From NCBI GenBank assembly GCA_964631145.1, contig CAZVXT010000003.1, positions 2,750 through 66,749 of the forward strand: DNA of 64,000 bases. Reading direction: 5' to 3'. The notes below the pieces were generated by a model. It saw nothing but the letters and a program-made list of their open reading frames with translations, did not search any database and had not been told where the DNA came from. The position numbers were made by a program, and so were the translations under genes. Positions 10,256 to 21,644 of this stretch are shown piece after piece. Numbering within the stretch: position 1 is the first letter of the stretch; each line of letters begins with the position of its first letter. This DNA is from an uncultured Candidatus Saccharibacteria bacterium. Its GTDB lineage: Bacteria; Patescibacteriota; Doudnabacteria; UBA920.

Positions 10256-11068
10256 ATGAAAAAATACTTTACAACTATTTTAGTAATTCTCATAGCCATT
10301 TTTGTCGGAATTAAATTTTATCGAAATGAATTCCTAAACAATAAAAGCGATTTTGTATATCCAACTAATAATTGCGTAGATTTTTTTACTTTCACAGATC
10401 GTGTTCATTCATTTATTCCAAATAGTGACTTGTCTTTAAGGCAATCTGGGGTGTTTACCTTTAAACGTAAATCCATGGAACCATATATATTGTATAAGTC
10501 AACTGATAATCAAGATATTACCATAAACAATTCGAATTTGGACGAAGTTTTGGCTAAAATTAATAATCGAGTTTCTGAATTAAAAGAATTAGGTTTTGAA
10601 CGAGATGTGTCTCAGGATGGATCACACCAAGCAGATTTAGCTCAGCCTTATAAAGCAAAATTATTCGGCTTTAAAAAGGATAATGACCATTACATGTTAA
10701 TCGTTGATAATATTGCAAGTGGTAACGCTGATGTAATTAAAGTAACTACACAGTGTGGTCGTCCAAATCTAGAAGACGATATGATCTTGGATAAAATAAT
10801 TCCTTTAATTAAAGATGCAAATAATCAATTGATTGGACCAGTGTCTGTTGTAGAAGGCTTATATACAGTAGGATTACACGCAGGATATAGTGGCGGTGGC
10901 GGTGTTATGGAATATTGGGTTAAAAACGGAGAAGATTTTCGTAAAATTTTGACTAGTCAAGATTATCCGCCTTGTGATTTATTGCAAAAAGAAAAAGTAG
11001 GTAAGGGCTTAGAGTGTTTATATTATAATGATAAGCAGTCTGCTGAAATCCAAAAAGTAAATTATTAA
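10256..11068 (+). CDS. Hypothetical membrane-anchored or secreted protein
   Basis: N-terminal hydrophobic anchor; 270 aa. Confidence 0.7.
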   Translation: MKKYFTTILVILIAIFVGIKFYRNEFLNNKSDFVYPTNNCVDFFTFTDRVHSFIPNSDLSLRQSGVFTFKRKSMEPYILYKSTDNQDITINNSNLDEVLAKINNRVSELKELGFERDVSQDGSHQADLAQPYKAKLFGFKKDNDHYMLIVDNIASGNADVIKVTTQCGRPNLEDDMILDKIIPLIKDANNQLIGPVSVVEGLYTVGLHAGYSGGGGVMEYWVKNGEDFRKILTSQDYPPCDLLQKEKVGKGLECLYYNDKQSAEIQKVNY

Positions 11069-11123
11069 TTTTTCTCTGAAGTAATACATAGATTTAATTG
11101 AAGAGAAATTTGAAAGGAAATTT

Positions 11124-11699
11124 ATGCCTTTAGTACCAATGGTTATAGAAAAGTCTCCGATGGGTGAACGCGCTTATGATATTTATAGTCGTTTGCTCAA
11201 AGAGCGTATAATTTTTTTGGGAGAACCAATCGATGATACAGTAGCAAATACTTTAATTGCTCAATTATTATTTTTGGATGCAGAAAATAGTAAAGAAGAT
11301 ATTAAGATTTATATAAATTCTCCTGGAGGTAGCGTAACATCTGCTATGGCAATGTATGATACTATCCAACACGTCAAAGCTGATGTTGCAACTATCTGTG
11401 TTGGACAAGCAGCTTCGGCAGGAGCGGTGCTTCTTGCTGCCGGAACTAAGGGAAAGCGTTTTGCTCTTCCTAATGCTCGTATTATGATTCATCAGGTTAT
11501 GGGTGGTGTAGAAGGACAGCAAACTGATGTAGAAATTCAGGCAAAAGAAATGCGTCGTATGAAAGATCAGTTAAATCAGATTCTAGCTAAGCATACTGGG
11601 CAATCTATAAAAAAAATCGAACAAGATACCGACCGCGATTATTTTATGACTCCTGATGAAGCTAAGAAATACGGACTAATTGATAAAATTATTCAGTAA
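11124..11699 (+). CDS. clpP: ATP-dependent Clp protease proteolytic subunit
   Basis: Motifs [27 protein letters not shown] and RIMIHQ. Confidence 0.98.
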   Translation: MPLVPMVIEKSPMGERAYDIYSRLLKERIIFLGEPIDDTVANTLIAQLLFLDAENSKEDIKIYINSPGGSVTSAMAMYDTIQHVKADVATICVGQAASAGAVLLAAGTKGKRFALPNARIMIHQVMGGVEGQQTDVEIQAKEMRRMKDQLNQILAKHTGQSIKKIEQDTDRDYFMTPDEAKKYGLIDKIIQ

Positions 11700-11829
11700 T
11701 ACTAAAAAGACTTTCAAATTTGAAAGTCTTTTTAAAATAGTTATCATCTTGACATCATCTAAAATATTAGATAATATGTAACGTTGCGGCAATTGTGCCG
11801 TCATAATAATTAACTAGCAAATAATAAAA

Positions 11830-11910
11830 ATGCTAAAAGTATATTCAAAATTACATCACTTAGGCATTGAAAATACCGCTTTTGGTATCAGTTTTTTGCT
11901 GTGTTTATAA
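11830..11910 (+). CDS. Putative 26-aa leader peptide MLKVYSKLHHLGIENTAFGISFLLCL
   Basis: uORF between a TTGACA promoter (11749) and a terminator-like hairpin (11938-11962), upstream of the ABC exporter. Confidence 0.45.
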   Translation: MLKVYSKLHHLGIENTAFGISFLLCL

Positions 11911-12005
11911 TCGTTTTTTGAAATAAAAAACCAATATAAACTTCGGCAAAATGCCGGAGTTTTGTTATCCTAGATAGAAATTTCTAGAAAAAAATAGGAG
12001 GAAAT

Positions 12006-13772
12006 ATGAATTATACAAAACAGACTCTCAATCATTTTTGGATTGCAGCGATGAAGTATAAAAAATCAGTGATCATCATTATGAGCGGAGTGCTCATGTT
12101 TACCATGATAGATTTGGTTCGTCCATTCTTCATGAAATTGATGTATGATGCAATGATTAAATATACAACTTACGATAGCGAGGTTTTAATTTTGTTTTGC
12201 ATTTTTCTTGGATCAGGATGGTTGAGAATGATTTTCAATCGGATTACCGAAAGAGAAAATCATTTTTTTCAGCCTCGGGTCATTGCAGATTTAATTAATT
12301 CTAGCTTCGCATATCTTATTATGCACTCGCGGCAGTTTTATGCTGACAACTATGTCGGCGGATTACAGTCTAAAGTTAAAAAATTTGCAGGTGCATTTGA
12401 ATTAATGGCTGATCAAATCAGCTTTGATCTTTTTAGATCAGTGTTCTTATTAATCTTGCTTAATGTATTAACTTACGCTTGGAATACAACCTATGGGTTT
12501 ATTGTATCTGGTTGGTTGGTTTTTTACTTGTGGTTTACTTACAAATTTGCAATGAAAAAATTTCCGCACGATGAAGCAAATGCAACTCAAGATAGTTTGA
12601 TCAATGCTAAGCTTTCTGATGCTTTTGCAAATCATAATGTTATCAGAATGTTTGCTGCAGAAGCACGAGAAAAAAATAACTTTACTTCTTATACAGATAA
12701 GCTTTTTGAACTAAAAAGAAAAGCTTGGCGTATGGGGTGGATAGCAAATATTTATCAAGGTATTTCCATGTCAATCTTAGAAGTCATTGCTATGGGTTAT
12801 GCAATTCATCTGTATTATAGTCATTCTATGACAATGGGCGACGTGATCTTTTTGCAAAGTTATTTGGGTCGTATTTTTGACAACACTTGGGGGATGGGAC
12901 GTTACATCAGGCAAATTTATGAAAAAATTGCTGATGCAAACGAACTAACCGAAAAGTTAGAATCTCCACATGAAGTGGTAGATGCCAAAAATGCTCAACC
13001 ATTAGTTGTAAAAAATGCAGAAATTGAGTTTCGTAATGTAGTGCATTACTACCATAAAGATAATCCTGTTATAAATGGGCTAAGTTTAAAAATCCCTGCA
13101 GGAAGTAAAGTTGCTTTTGTCGGTTCTTCTGGAGCTGGAAAAACAACTTTAGTTAATGCCTTACATCGAGAGTTTGATATTATCTCTGGGGAGATTTTGA
13201 TAGATAATCAAGATATTTCTCAGGTGACAATAGAAAGCTTAAGAAGTAATATTGATATTATTCCGCAAGACACTAATTTATTTGCAGGGACTATTGCTTA
13301 CAATATTTGCTATGGTAATCCTAATGCAAGTTATGATGAAATGATTAACGCTGCCAAACTGGCTTACTGTGATGATTTCATTCAAAAATTGCCAAACAAA
13401 TATGACACCTTAGTAGGAGAGCGTGGAATTAAATTGTCGGGTGGACAAAGGCAAAGAGTTTCAATTGCTAGAGCCATCTTAAGTAATGCTCCGATTTTAA
13501 TTTTGGACGAAGCAACTTCAAGTTTAGATTCTGCGTCAGAATATATGATTCAGAAGTCTTTGCATCAGTTAATGCTAAATCGAACAACAATAGTTATTGC
13601 TCATCGGTTGTCCACAATCAAGGAAGCAGATTTAATTTGTGTTATAGAACATGGGCAAGTGGTAGAAATTGGCAGTCACCAAAAGTTAATAAACAAAGCT
13701 GCAAAATATGCTCAGCTTTGGGAAATTCAGGTAGGAGGATTTGAAAATAAAGATATAGCTCAATGTGCTTAA
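12006..13772 (+). CDS. ABC exporter with fused TMD and NBD (MsbA/multidrug-like)
   Basis: Motifs GSSGAGKT, LSGGQRQR, ILDEATS and IAHRLST. Confidence 0.93.
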   Translation: MNYTKQTLNHFWIAAMKYKKSVIIIMSGVLMFTMIDLVRPFFMKLMYDAMIKYTTYDSEVLILFCIFLGSGWLRMIFNRITERENHFFQPRVIADLINSSFAYLIMHSRQFYADNYVGGLQSKVKKFAGAFELMADQISFDLFRSVFLLILLNVLTYAWNTTYGFIVSGWLVFYLWFTYKFAMKKFPHDEANATQDSLINAKLSDAFANHNVIRMFAAEAREKNNFTSYTDKLFELKRKAWRMGWIANIYQGISMSILEVIAMGYAIHLYYSHSMTMGDVIFLQSYLGRIFDNTWGMGRYIRQIYEKIADANELTEKLESPHEVVDAKNAQPLVVKNAEIEFRNVVHYYHKDNPVINGLSLKIPAGSKVAFVGSSGAGKTTLVNALHREFDIISGEILIDNQDISQVTIESLRSNIDIIPQDTNLFAGTIAYNICYGNPNASYDEMINAAKLAYCDDFIQKLPNKYDTLVGERGIKLSGGQRQRVSIARAILSNAPILILDEATSSLDSASEYMIQKSLHQLMLNRTTIVIAHRLSTIKEADLICVIEHGQVVEIGSHQKLINKAAKYAQLWEIQVGGFENKDIAQCA

Positions 13773-13860
13773 TCTAAATAGCGTTCAGTAAAATGAACGC
13801 TTTTTTGTATTCAAAAAACAACTCAGATTGTTTATAATAAGGTATAGTCAGAGTATAAAA

Positions 13861-14490
13861 ATGTTTGATAAAAATAACTTTACAATTGTTGATGTGGAAA
13901 CAACTGGAGCAAATGCCTATTTTGGTCGGGTTATTGAAATTGGCTTGCTAAGGGTAGAAAAAGGAGAAGTTGTAGAAACATATCAAACTTTATTAAATCC
14001 AGATCAACCTCTCCCAGAGTTTATTACAAAGATAACAGGGATAGAAGATTATGAGCTTATCAATCAGCCAAGATTTGAAGATATTGCTGAAGATTTGTTG
14101 GCTAAGTTTGAAGATGCGATATTTGTAGCTCATAATGCACAGTTTGATTATAGTTTTTTGAAGGAAGAGTTTAGAAGGGTCGGGCTGGCTTTTAATCTGG
14201 ATAGGTTGTGTACCGTAAAATTATCACGAGCTGTTTTTAAAAATTATAAGCGGCATAACTTAACTGAAATTATCGAGCGCCATGGCTTTATTTGTGAAAA
14301 TCGTCATCGTGCTTTTGATGATGCAAAGGTCTTATGGGATTTGATGCAGTTAATCCAAAAAGAAACAGAACCGCAGGCATTGCAAAAAATATACACTCAA
14401 TTGCTCACAAAAAGCCGTACCAAGAAAAAGGTAAATACAACAAATGAACTTACTTACGAAACTGATTCCGGAGAAATCATAGAAATATAA
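13861..14490 (+). CDS. DEDDh 3'-5' exonuclease (DNA Pol III epsilon-like)
   Basis: Motifs VDVETTG, VAHNAQFD and HRAFDDA. Confidence 0.9.
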   Translation: MFDKNNFTIVDVETTGANAYFGRVIEIGLLRVEKGEVVETYQTLLNPDQPLPEFITKITGIEDYELINQPRFEDIAEDLLAKFEDAIFVAHNAQFDYSFLKEEFRRVGLAFNLDRLCTVKLSRAVFKNYKRHNLTEIIERHGFICENRHRAFDDAKVLWDLMQLIQKETEPQALQKIYTQLLTKSRTKKKVNTTNELTYETDSGEIIEI

Positions 14491-14551
14491 TCTCAAAATA
14501 TTATAAGATTTATAAAAAATAAAAGCCCGCTAATATGTAGCGGGTTGTTTT

Positions 14552-15376
14552 TTAGCCAAAGCCAAAGTTACTAAATGTTTGTTCTGCTCCTTCATGGCAT
14601 AGACGGTCAAATAGATTTTTGAAATCTTCAAATTTAACTATATAAGGATGAAAATTATCTGCACTGGGTATTTTTAACTCGAGCAATTCCTCGTCTATGA
14701 TTATAATTGGGAAAAAGCCAAACCTGGTTTTTCTTTTTTCGTATAATTCTGTAAAAAACTCTAAAGTATTTTGATTATATTTAACAATTAAACTTGCAAT
14801 TGATAACCAAGATTTTTTGCCCGTAATAATTTGTATAGCTTCTCCTTCATTTACATGAAGTGTTGGGTTATCTTCTTTTGTGAAATTATTATCTATTTCT
14901 TTGGGGCAATTGACGCAAAGATGCACGTTGGTGCTTGCGAGCAGGATATTTTGTTGCAATGCATTTTTGTTATTTTCTGAAATCCAATCATATTTTTCAA
15001 ATTCTTTTGGAACTGAGCTGTATAATTTAACTATCAAAAATTTAACATTATTATAACTTTTGACTAATTCTTCTTTAACTTTTGTATGTTGGTCTAGTAA
15101 AAATTTTAAACTGTCTATATACTGATGTTTTGTATCATATATCTTGTATTCTACCGGCACTACTATTATCAAACTTTCGTATCTCTTCCAATATTCAATT
15201 TTATCTTCCTTACTATTTAGCTGTTTGATGGTAGTAAGAATATTAACAAAGTTATAATCTGCTTCGATGATTTGTTTTTCTTGATCTTCGACTAAGCTAA
15301 TCAGATTTTTTTTGACTTTACTGCGGTCTGATTTATTTCCAATAATTAAATATTGGTTTTGTAAATTTTTTGACAT
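14552..15376 (-). CDS. Hypothetical protein
   Basis: 274 aa with AGGAGG and a TTGACC-17-TATACT promoter. Confidence 0.7.
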   Translation of the reverse strand: MSKNLQNQYLIIGNKSDRSKVKKNLISLVEDQEKQIIEADYNFVNILTTIKQLNSKEDKIEYWKRYESLIIVVPVEYKIYDTKHQYIDSLKFLLDQHTKVKEELVKSYNNVKFLIVKLYSSVPKEFEKYDWISENNKNALQQNILLASTNVHLCVNCPKEIDNNFTKEDNPTLHVNEGEAIQIITGKKSWLSIASLIVKYNQNTLEFFTELYEKRKTRFGFFPIIIIDEELLELKIPSADNFHPYIVKFEDFKNLFDRLCHEGAEQTFSNFGFG

Positions 15377-15443
15377 ATTTATCCTCCTAATTTTTATTAT
15401 ATTTGAGTATACTAAAGACAGATTAATTGGTCAATTTAGATTT

Positions 15444-16058
15444 ATGTCAAAGCAAGCATTAAACCATTTTCAAAAGCATGATCCAGTGTTAGCAAAATTG
15501 GTTAAAGGTTTGGGAGAATTGCCTAAGTCAAGAAAGCTACGTAGTAGGTTAGAGTATTTGGTTGAAGCGATTATTTCTCAGCAGTTATCTGTTAAAGCTT
15601 CGGATACAATTTATAAAAGATTTCTAGGTTTATTTCCTAAAAGTAAATTTCCAAAGCCAGAGCAGATTTTAAAACTAAAAACACAACAATTGCGAGCTGT
15701 CGGTATCTCTAACCAAAAAGCAACATATATTTTTGATTTGGCAGAAAAAGTAGTAAACAAGAAAATAAATTTGCGCACATTGCATACTCTCTCAGACGAA
15801 GAAGTTATTCAAACTCTTATTCAGGTTAAAGGAATAGGGAGGTGGACAGCGGAAATGTTTTTGATGTTTAGTTTACAGAGACCAGATATATTTTCTGTTG
15901 GCGATTTGGGCTTGAAAAACGCAATAATCAGATTGTATGGATTGAAACAACCATTAACGGAAAAACAGCTCCATAATTTAGTTAAAAAATGGTCACCTTA
16001 TAAGACGATCGCCTCACGTTATTTATGGAAGAGCTTAAACAATGAGCCAGCAAAATAA
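15444..16058 (+). CDS. DNA-3-methyladenine glycosylase (AlkA/HhH-GPD family)
   Basis: Motifs AIISQQLS, VKGIGRWTAEM, GDLG and WSPYKT; start moved to MSKQAL. Confidence 0.9.
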   Translation: MSKQALNHFQKHDPVLAKLVKGLGELPKSRKLRSRLEYLVEAIISQQLSVKASDTIYKRFLGLFPKSKFPKPEQILKLKTQQLRAVGISNQKATYIFDLAEKVVNKKINLRTLHTLSDEEVIQTLIQVKGIGRWTAEMFLMFSLQRPDIFSVGDLGLKNAIIRLYGLKQPLTEKQLHNLVKKWSPYKTIASRYLWKSLNNEPAK

Positions 16059-16088
16059 AAATGCCAAGAATATTCTTGGCATTAATTT

Positions 16089-16502
16089 TTAGCAGTTGGC
16101 TGCTAATGATATCTCCGTTAAGTTTTCAATTGATAATTCAATGTCAATAAGCGCAGTGTTTTTGGTTTTTACAAAGTTGGCTTCTATGATCAAATGTGGG
16201 TTTATATCTTTTACAAATTCTATATCATCCCATAAGGTAAAACCTAGATTTATTCTATAAAATGTATAAAAGAATTTTTCTTGATCTAAGACCAAAATTT
16301 GACCGTGAACATAGTCGGCAGTAATAGCTTCATTTTCAATAATATATTGATAATAGTCTGGGCGACAGAGTATGAGCTTGTATTGCTGACTGCCAAACTT
16401 ATATAGTAAGTCTGACCAGCGAACTTTATTTTTTAGCTTGCATTGCAAGCTTAACCAGGTTTTTATTAGCTTTGAATTATTGATGTAATAATAGAGTTGC
16501 AT
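16089..16502 (-). CDS. Hypothetical protein
   Basis: GGAGG before the ATG; 137 aa. Confidence 0.6.
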   Translation of the reverse strand: MQLYYYINNSKLIKTWLSLQCKLKNKVRWSDLLYKFGSQQYKLILCRPDYYQYIIENEAITADYVHGQILVLDQEKFFYTFYRINLGFTLWDDIEFVKDINPHLIIEANFVKTKNTALIDIELSIENLTEISLAANC

Positions 16503-16599
16503 GTTTCCTCCAAAACAATTTAGAAAAATATTGTATCTTACTCTCAGTATTTTGACAATGCCAAAATAAAAAACTGCTTTTCATAAAGCAGTGTGTTAT

Positions 16600-17046
16600 T
16601 TATATAGTATTGATAGGGTTATTTTTATTATCCAATACTGATAATACTCCTATTAAGTATTCTTGAGTTGGCTCATATTGCAATGTGAGATCTAGCCAGT
16701 ATTTTTGAGTATGCTCCCATATTGATTTTCTCAGCAAAGAGAAAGTCGTGTATTCTGAGAGTCCAGATTTGAAGTTTTGTGACAATAGTTCATTAATTCT
16801 ATTATTAGTAATTTTTGAAGAGATAACAATTTGTTTATAATTCTCCGAATGAAGGTTTGTTCTAAAATTTCTGTTAGAGATAAACAAATTGTTAATGCCA
16901 TTTAATTTTATGCTTTTATCAATGGTCAGATGATATTCGTATTCAAACCAATTGAGCATTGATTTGGATTTTACCATCTCCATTAATTTTGTAATAGCCA
17001 ATCTGTTTTCAGCATGTTGAAAGATCCCATGTAAAATTAAGCTCAT
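16600..17046 (-). CDS. Hypothetical protein
   Basis: AAGGAGG before the ATG; 148 aa. Confidence 0.6.
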   Translation of the reverse strand: MSLILHGIFQHAENRLAITKLMEMVKSKSMLNWFEYEYHLTIDKSIKLNGINNLFISNRNFRTNLHSENYKQIVISSKITNNRINELLSQNFKSGLSEYTTFSLLRKSIWEHTQKYWLDLTLQYEPTQEYLIGVLSVLDNKNNPINTI

Positions 17047-17143
17047 AATTTCCTCCTTAACCGTGTATTTTGCCAGATAAATCGCGTTTGGACAAGTCTT
17101 ACAAAAATTAGCTTAATTTTGTGAAATTTTTTTAAAAAAACTC

Positions 17144-17172
17144 TTGACAAGTATCTATTTAACCATTAATAT
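17144..17172 (+). promoter_or_regulatory. 16S rRNA promoter
   Basis: A/T-rich UP element plus TTGACA-17-TAATAT; the upstream motif is shared with the 23S promoter. Confidence 0.65.
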
Positions 17173-17698
17173 ATTTAAGGATTTAATTATCCACAAATTA
17201 AGGAGACTTTAAAAGACATACACCTCAATTTCAGCTAGATGTATCCAGAATTTTTTTGGAGATTATCTAGGTTCAAATTTATAGATATTTTATAGATTTG
17301 AGAAATGAGCACTACAAAGGCTACTTTGGGTGTTTTTTATTCTCCCAATTGTACTTTGACAACTTCATAGTGATTGAAATGTGTACGAAATTGTAGAACA
17401 GAAATTCTCTTGTAGAATTTCTCACAATATTAGTCGCCCATTATAAACAAGAGATCTATTGGATTTAGAGTTTGTATGGGAAATTGATTACGTCAAGTTT
17501 TTTGAGATAAATACTTCAAGCTTTGATAGTTAGCTTTAAATAAACTATCGCCAGTTCTCATGAGCACTATTCGCACGGTAGCAAATAGTGTGAGGACAAA
17601 CTCAGAACACATAGTTAAATTGTGTTAGCATAACCGAAACAAATCTGGCTTTGCCAGTTTGTTGAGGGGGGGCTGTCGCGAATAATTTCGCGACCAAT

Positions 17699-19156
<1,458 letters not shown>

Positions 19157-19166
<10 letters not shown>

Positions 19167-19343
19167 CTAAGGAATATTTCGCTTCTTGTTCGTTTTTCGA
19201 AACAGCAAGTGCGACAATAAAGCTAGTTTGTTTTAAACAAACAGCTCCGTTGGTCGTCGTTAATTTTTCCGAAAATTAGCGCATCTTTCAAAAGACTTGT
19301 AGTCGGTTCATTTCAGTCACTATGTAGTTGTGAAAAAATAAAA
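19157..19343 (+). repeat. 187-bp direct repeat copy 1 (att junction; anti-SD plus 16S 3' trailer)
   Basis: Identical by eye to 24073-24259. Confidence 0.93.
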
Positions 19344-19377
19344 GAACCTTTTTTCTAAAGCTAGAAGAAAGGTTTTT

Positions 19378-20343
19378 ATGTTTTTGGAAAATACCATAGA
19401 AACAAATACCAATGACGGAATTAAGCTTAACTCTGCTGGTGTCAAGTTAAGTGAATTACTTTCAGAGTTTCTGCAATATGCTCAGTACGAACTAATTTTT
19501 TCTACTCAAACACTTGCTAAATACAAGGAGTCGTTAGAATGGGTAATTCGGGACATTGGTGATATTGCCATAAATGAGTTAGATAGCAGTCATATTATAT
19601 TATTGAAGCAGAAAATTATGAACCGCGGTGCAGGAGAGTCTCGCGTTGCCTCAGTAGTTTTTGCTTTAAAAAGTTATTTAAAATTTATCAAAGAGTTTAA
19701 GCATTTAAAGGTTATGGACTATAAGAATATAAAGTCACCTAAGCGTAGTAGACGAGAGGTTATATTTTTAACTAATGAAGAAGTTCAGCAATTTATAGAT
19801 GCAATTAAAATTGACAACAAGTGTCGTAGAGGAAATAATAAGCAGCTTATAAATATGGATGGGTTAAGGTTTAGGGTCTTAGTCGAAGTTTTGCTAGGGA
19901 CAGGCATGCGCATCTCTGAAGCATTGAGTTTAAATGTTAGTAGTATAAACTTTGAAACATCTGAAGCGAAAATTATTGGTAAAGGTAATAAAGAGAGGGC
20001 TGTGTTTTTTAGCACCCGATGCTTAAAGTGGGTTAATTATTATTTAGAACAACGCTCGGATAATGAAGAGGCTTTATTTGTCACTAACCGTGGCACTCGT
20101 TTAAAGCGCGCAGATGTTAGTGGTTTCTTCCAGCGATATTCTAAGAAGGTTAACCTGTTAAAGAGAGTTACACCTCATATTTTACGTCACACCACTGCAA
20201 CCAACCTTTTGTTTAATGGTTGCCCTATTGTACATGTAAAAGAAATATTAGGTCATAATAGGCTAGAAACCACTTGTCGTTATTACTTAGGTGTAGATAA
20301 AAGAAGGGCAAAAGAAGCTCATGAGGCTTATTTAAGGTACTAA
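19378..20343 (+). CDS. Tyrosine recombinase/integrase
   Basis: Catalytic residues R (GMRISE), K (GKGNK), HxxR (HILRH), H (LGH) and Y (TTCRYY). Confidence 0.95.
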   Translation: MFLENTIETNTNDGIKLNSAGVKLSELLSEFLQYAQYELIFSTQTLAKYKESLEWVIRDIGDIAINELDSSHIILLKQKIMNRGAGESRVASVVFALKSYLKFIKEFKHLKVMDYKNIKSPKRSRREVIFLTNEEVQQFIDAIKIDNKCRRGNNKQLINMDGLRFRVLVEVLLGTGMRISEALSLNVSSINFETSEAKIIGKGNKERAVFFSTRCLKWVNYYLEQRSDNEEALFVTNRGTRLKRADVSGFFQRYSKKVNLLKRVTPHILRHTTATNLLFNGCPIVHVKEILGHNRLETTCRYYLGVDKRRAKEAHEAYLRY

Positions 20344-20612
20344 TAGTAATTTATTTAGCTTGAAATTGAATTTATTTGTACTATTTCACGACGTTTTTGC
20401 AATAAAAATAATATTATTTTGAAATAAATATCAGCGCGGGGGGGTAGGACGCGGGGTTTGGTCATTATTCTTCTTAAACATACTTTTAGTGCGCTAAGTT
20501 TTATTATTCAGAGCTGTATTGACAGGTGTACGTTTGACCAACCAAAATAATTTTGCTATAATACCTTCAAAGATACTTTCCGAAATTCATTGGAGTGAAA
20601 TTCATAAAATAA

Positions 20613-21224
20613 ATGACCATACAAACCAAAAAAATTAACACAAAATTAGTAAGAAATAATATCGACACACCTTTAGAAGTTTCTAGAAGTCTTTTTACTA
20701 CTGCGTTAGAAGAAAAATTATCAACTAGTTTTGGTTTGGCTAATTCAGATACCGTTGGTTTACCTCTGGGGAAGCATTTAATAACAGGTAGTACTTCCAT
20801 AGCGAGTTTAAACTCTAATTTAACTGGAGCTGTTGCTTTTCCAATTGATAGAGCGCCAGTATTATTTCCAGAAAGTATTGTAACTGAGTCTATTGTCACT
20901 GCTCCTGCATATTCATTTACTGATGATATGTTAGTAGTTATGTATGAGTCAATTGTTTCTCAGCAGTCTAATATTCTTTCTGGTACTTTGTGGGATGCAG
21001 AGGCTTTAAGCACAACTAAGCTTAAACTTGTAGAAGACGTTAACCTTTACTATAGTTTTAATTATGAAGGCTTAACATGGAAAGACTTCTTACCTCGCAT
21101 CACCCGGTTTGTAAAAGATGTCGTTAGAAATTTTAAAAAATTATTTGAGGTTGCAGTTTATTGGTTAAGCCATTTAGCAAAAATTTTCTTTGTTCAAAGC
21201 AAACCCACTGTATTATTGGCTTGA
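20613..21224 (+). CDS. Hypothetical protein (element cargo)
   Basis: 203-aa ORF downstream of TTGACA..TATAAT. Confidence 0.6.
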   Translation: MTIQTKKINTKLVRNNIDTPLEVSRSLFTTALEEKLSTSFGLANSDTVGLPLGKHLITGSTSIASLNSNLTGAVAFPIDRAPVLFPESIVTESIVTAPAYSFTDDMLVVMYESIVSQQSNILSGTLWDAEALSTTKLKLVEDVNLYYSFNYEGLTWKDFLPRITRFVKDVVRNFKKLFEVAVYWLSHLAKIFFVQSKPTVLLA

Positions 21225-21302
21225 TACGGAAATAAACACACCAATTAGTTGTATTTTTATGGTGTGTTTTTGTTTTGTATTAAATTATTAAATTTTAAAC
21301 CA

Positions 21303-21581
21303 ATGTCATTACATGTTACTTGTGTTAATAAACCAGACCGTTATAGTGAGCATGAACATATAACCCATATAGGTGGTTCTGGATGGCGAAAAACTCGAGA
21401 AGCTGTTGTCTATGAGATAAACAATAATATAAATTCTTATTACACTAAAGACCCATATACTGGACAAGTCGCTTGGGTTGGTGTAGTTAACCCCTCATAT
21501 GGAGACCCATATCTTCGAACTTATGCTGATGGAGACTGGAACGATAACTTGCTATCTCTTAATGAGTGTACCCTGTATTAA
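21303..21581 (+). CDS. DUF3892-like protein
   Basis: MSLHVTCVNK..HEHITHIGG..YLRTYADGDWNDNLLSLNEC resembles DUF3892 (recalled from memory, not searched). Confidence 0.75.
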   Translation: MSLHVTCVNKPDRYSEHEHITHIGGSGWRKTREAVVYEINNNINSYYTKDPYTGQVAWVGVVNPSYGDPYLRTYADGDWNDNLLSLNECTLY

Positions 21582-21644
21582 GGGTTTTATGGAATTGGCG
21601 CCCTATGTTTAAATGGGGCGCCTTCCCTATTAATTCAAACACTA

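Noticed and set aside
19378-20343. Housekeeping XerC/XerD or integron integrase
   Set aside because: It lies inside direct repeats with accessory cargo, and no integron-specific insertion or attC array was seen.
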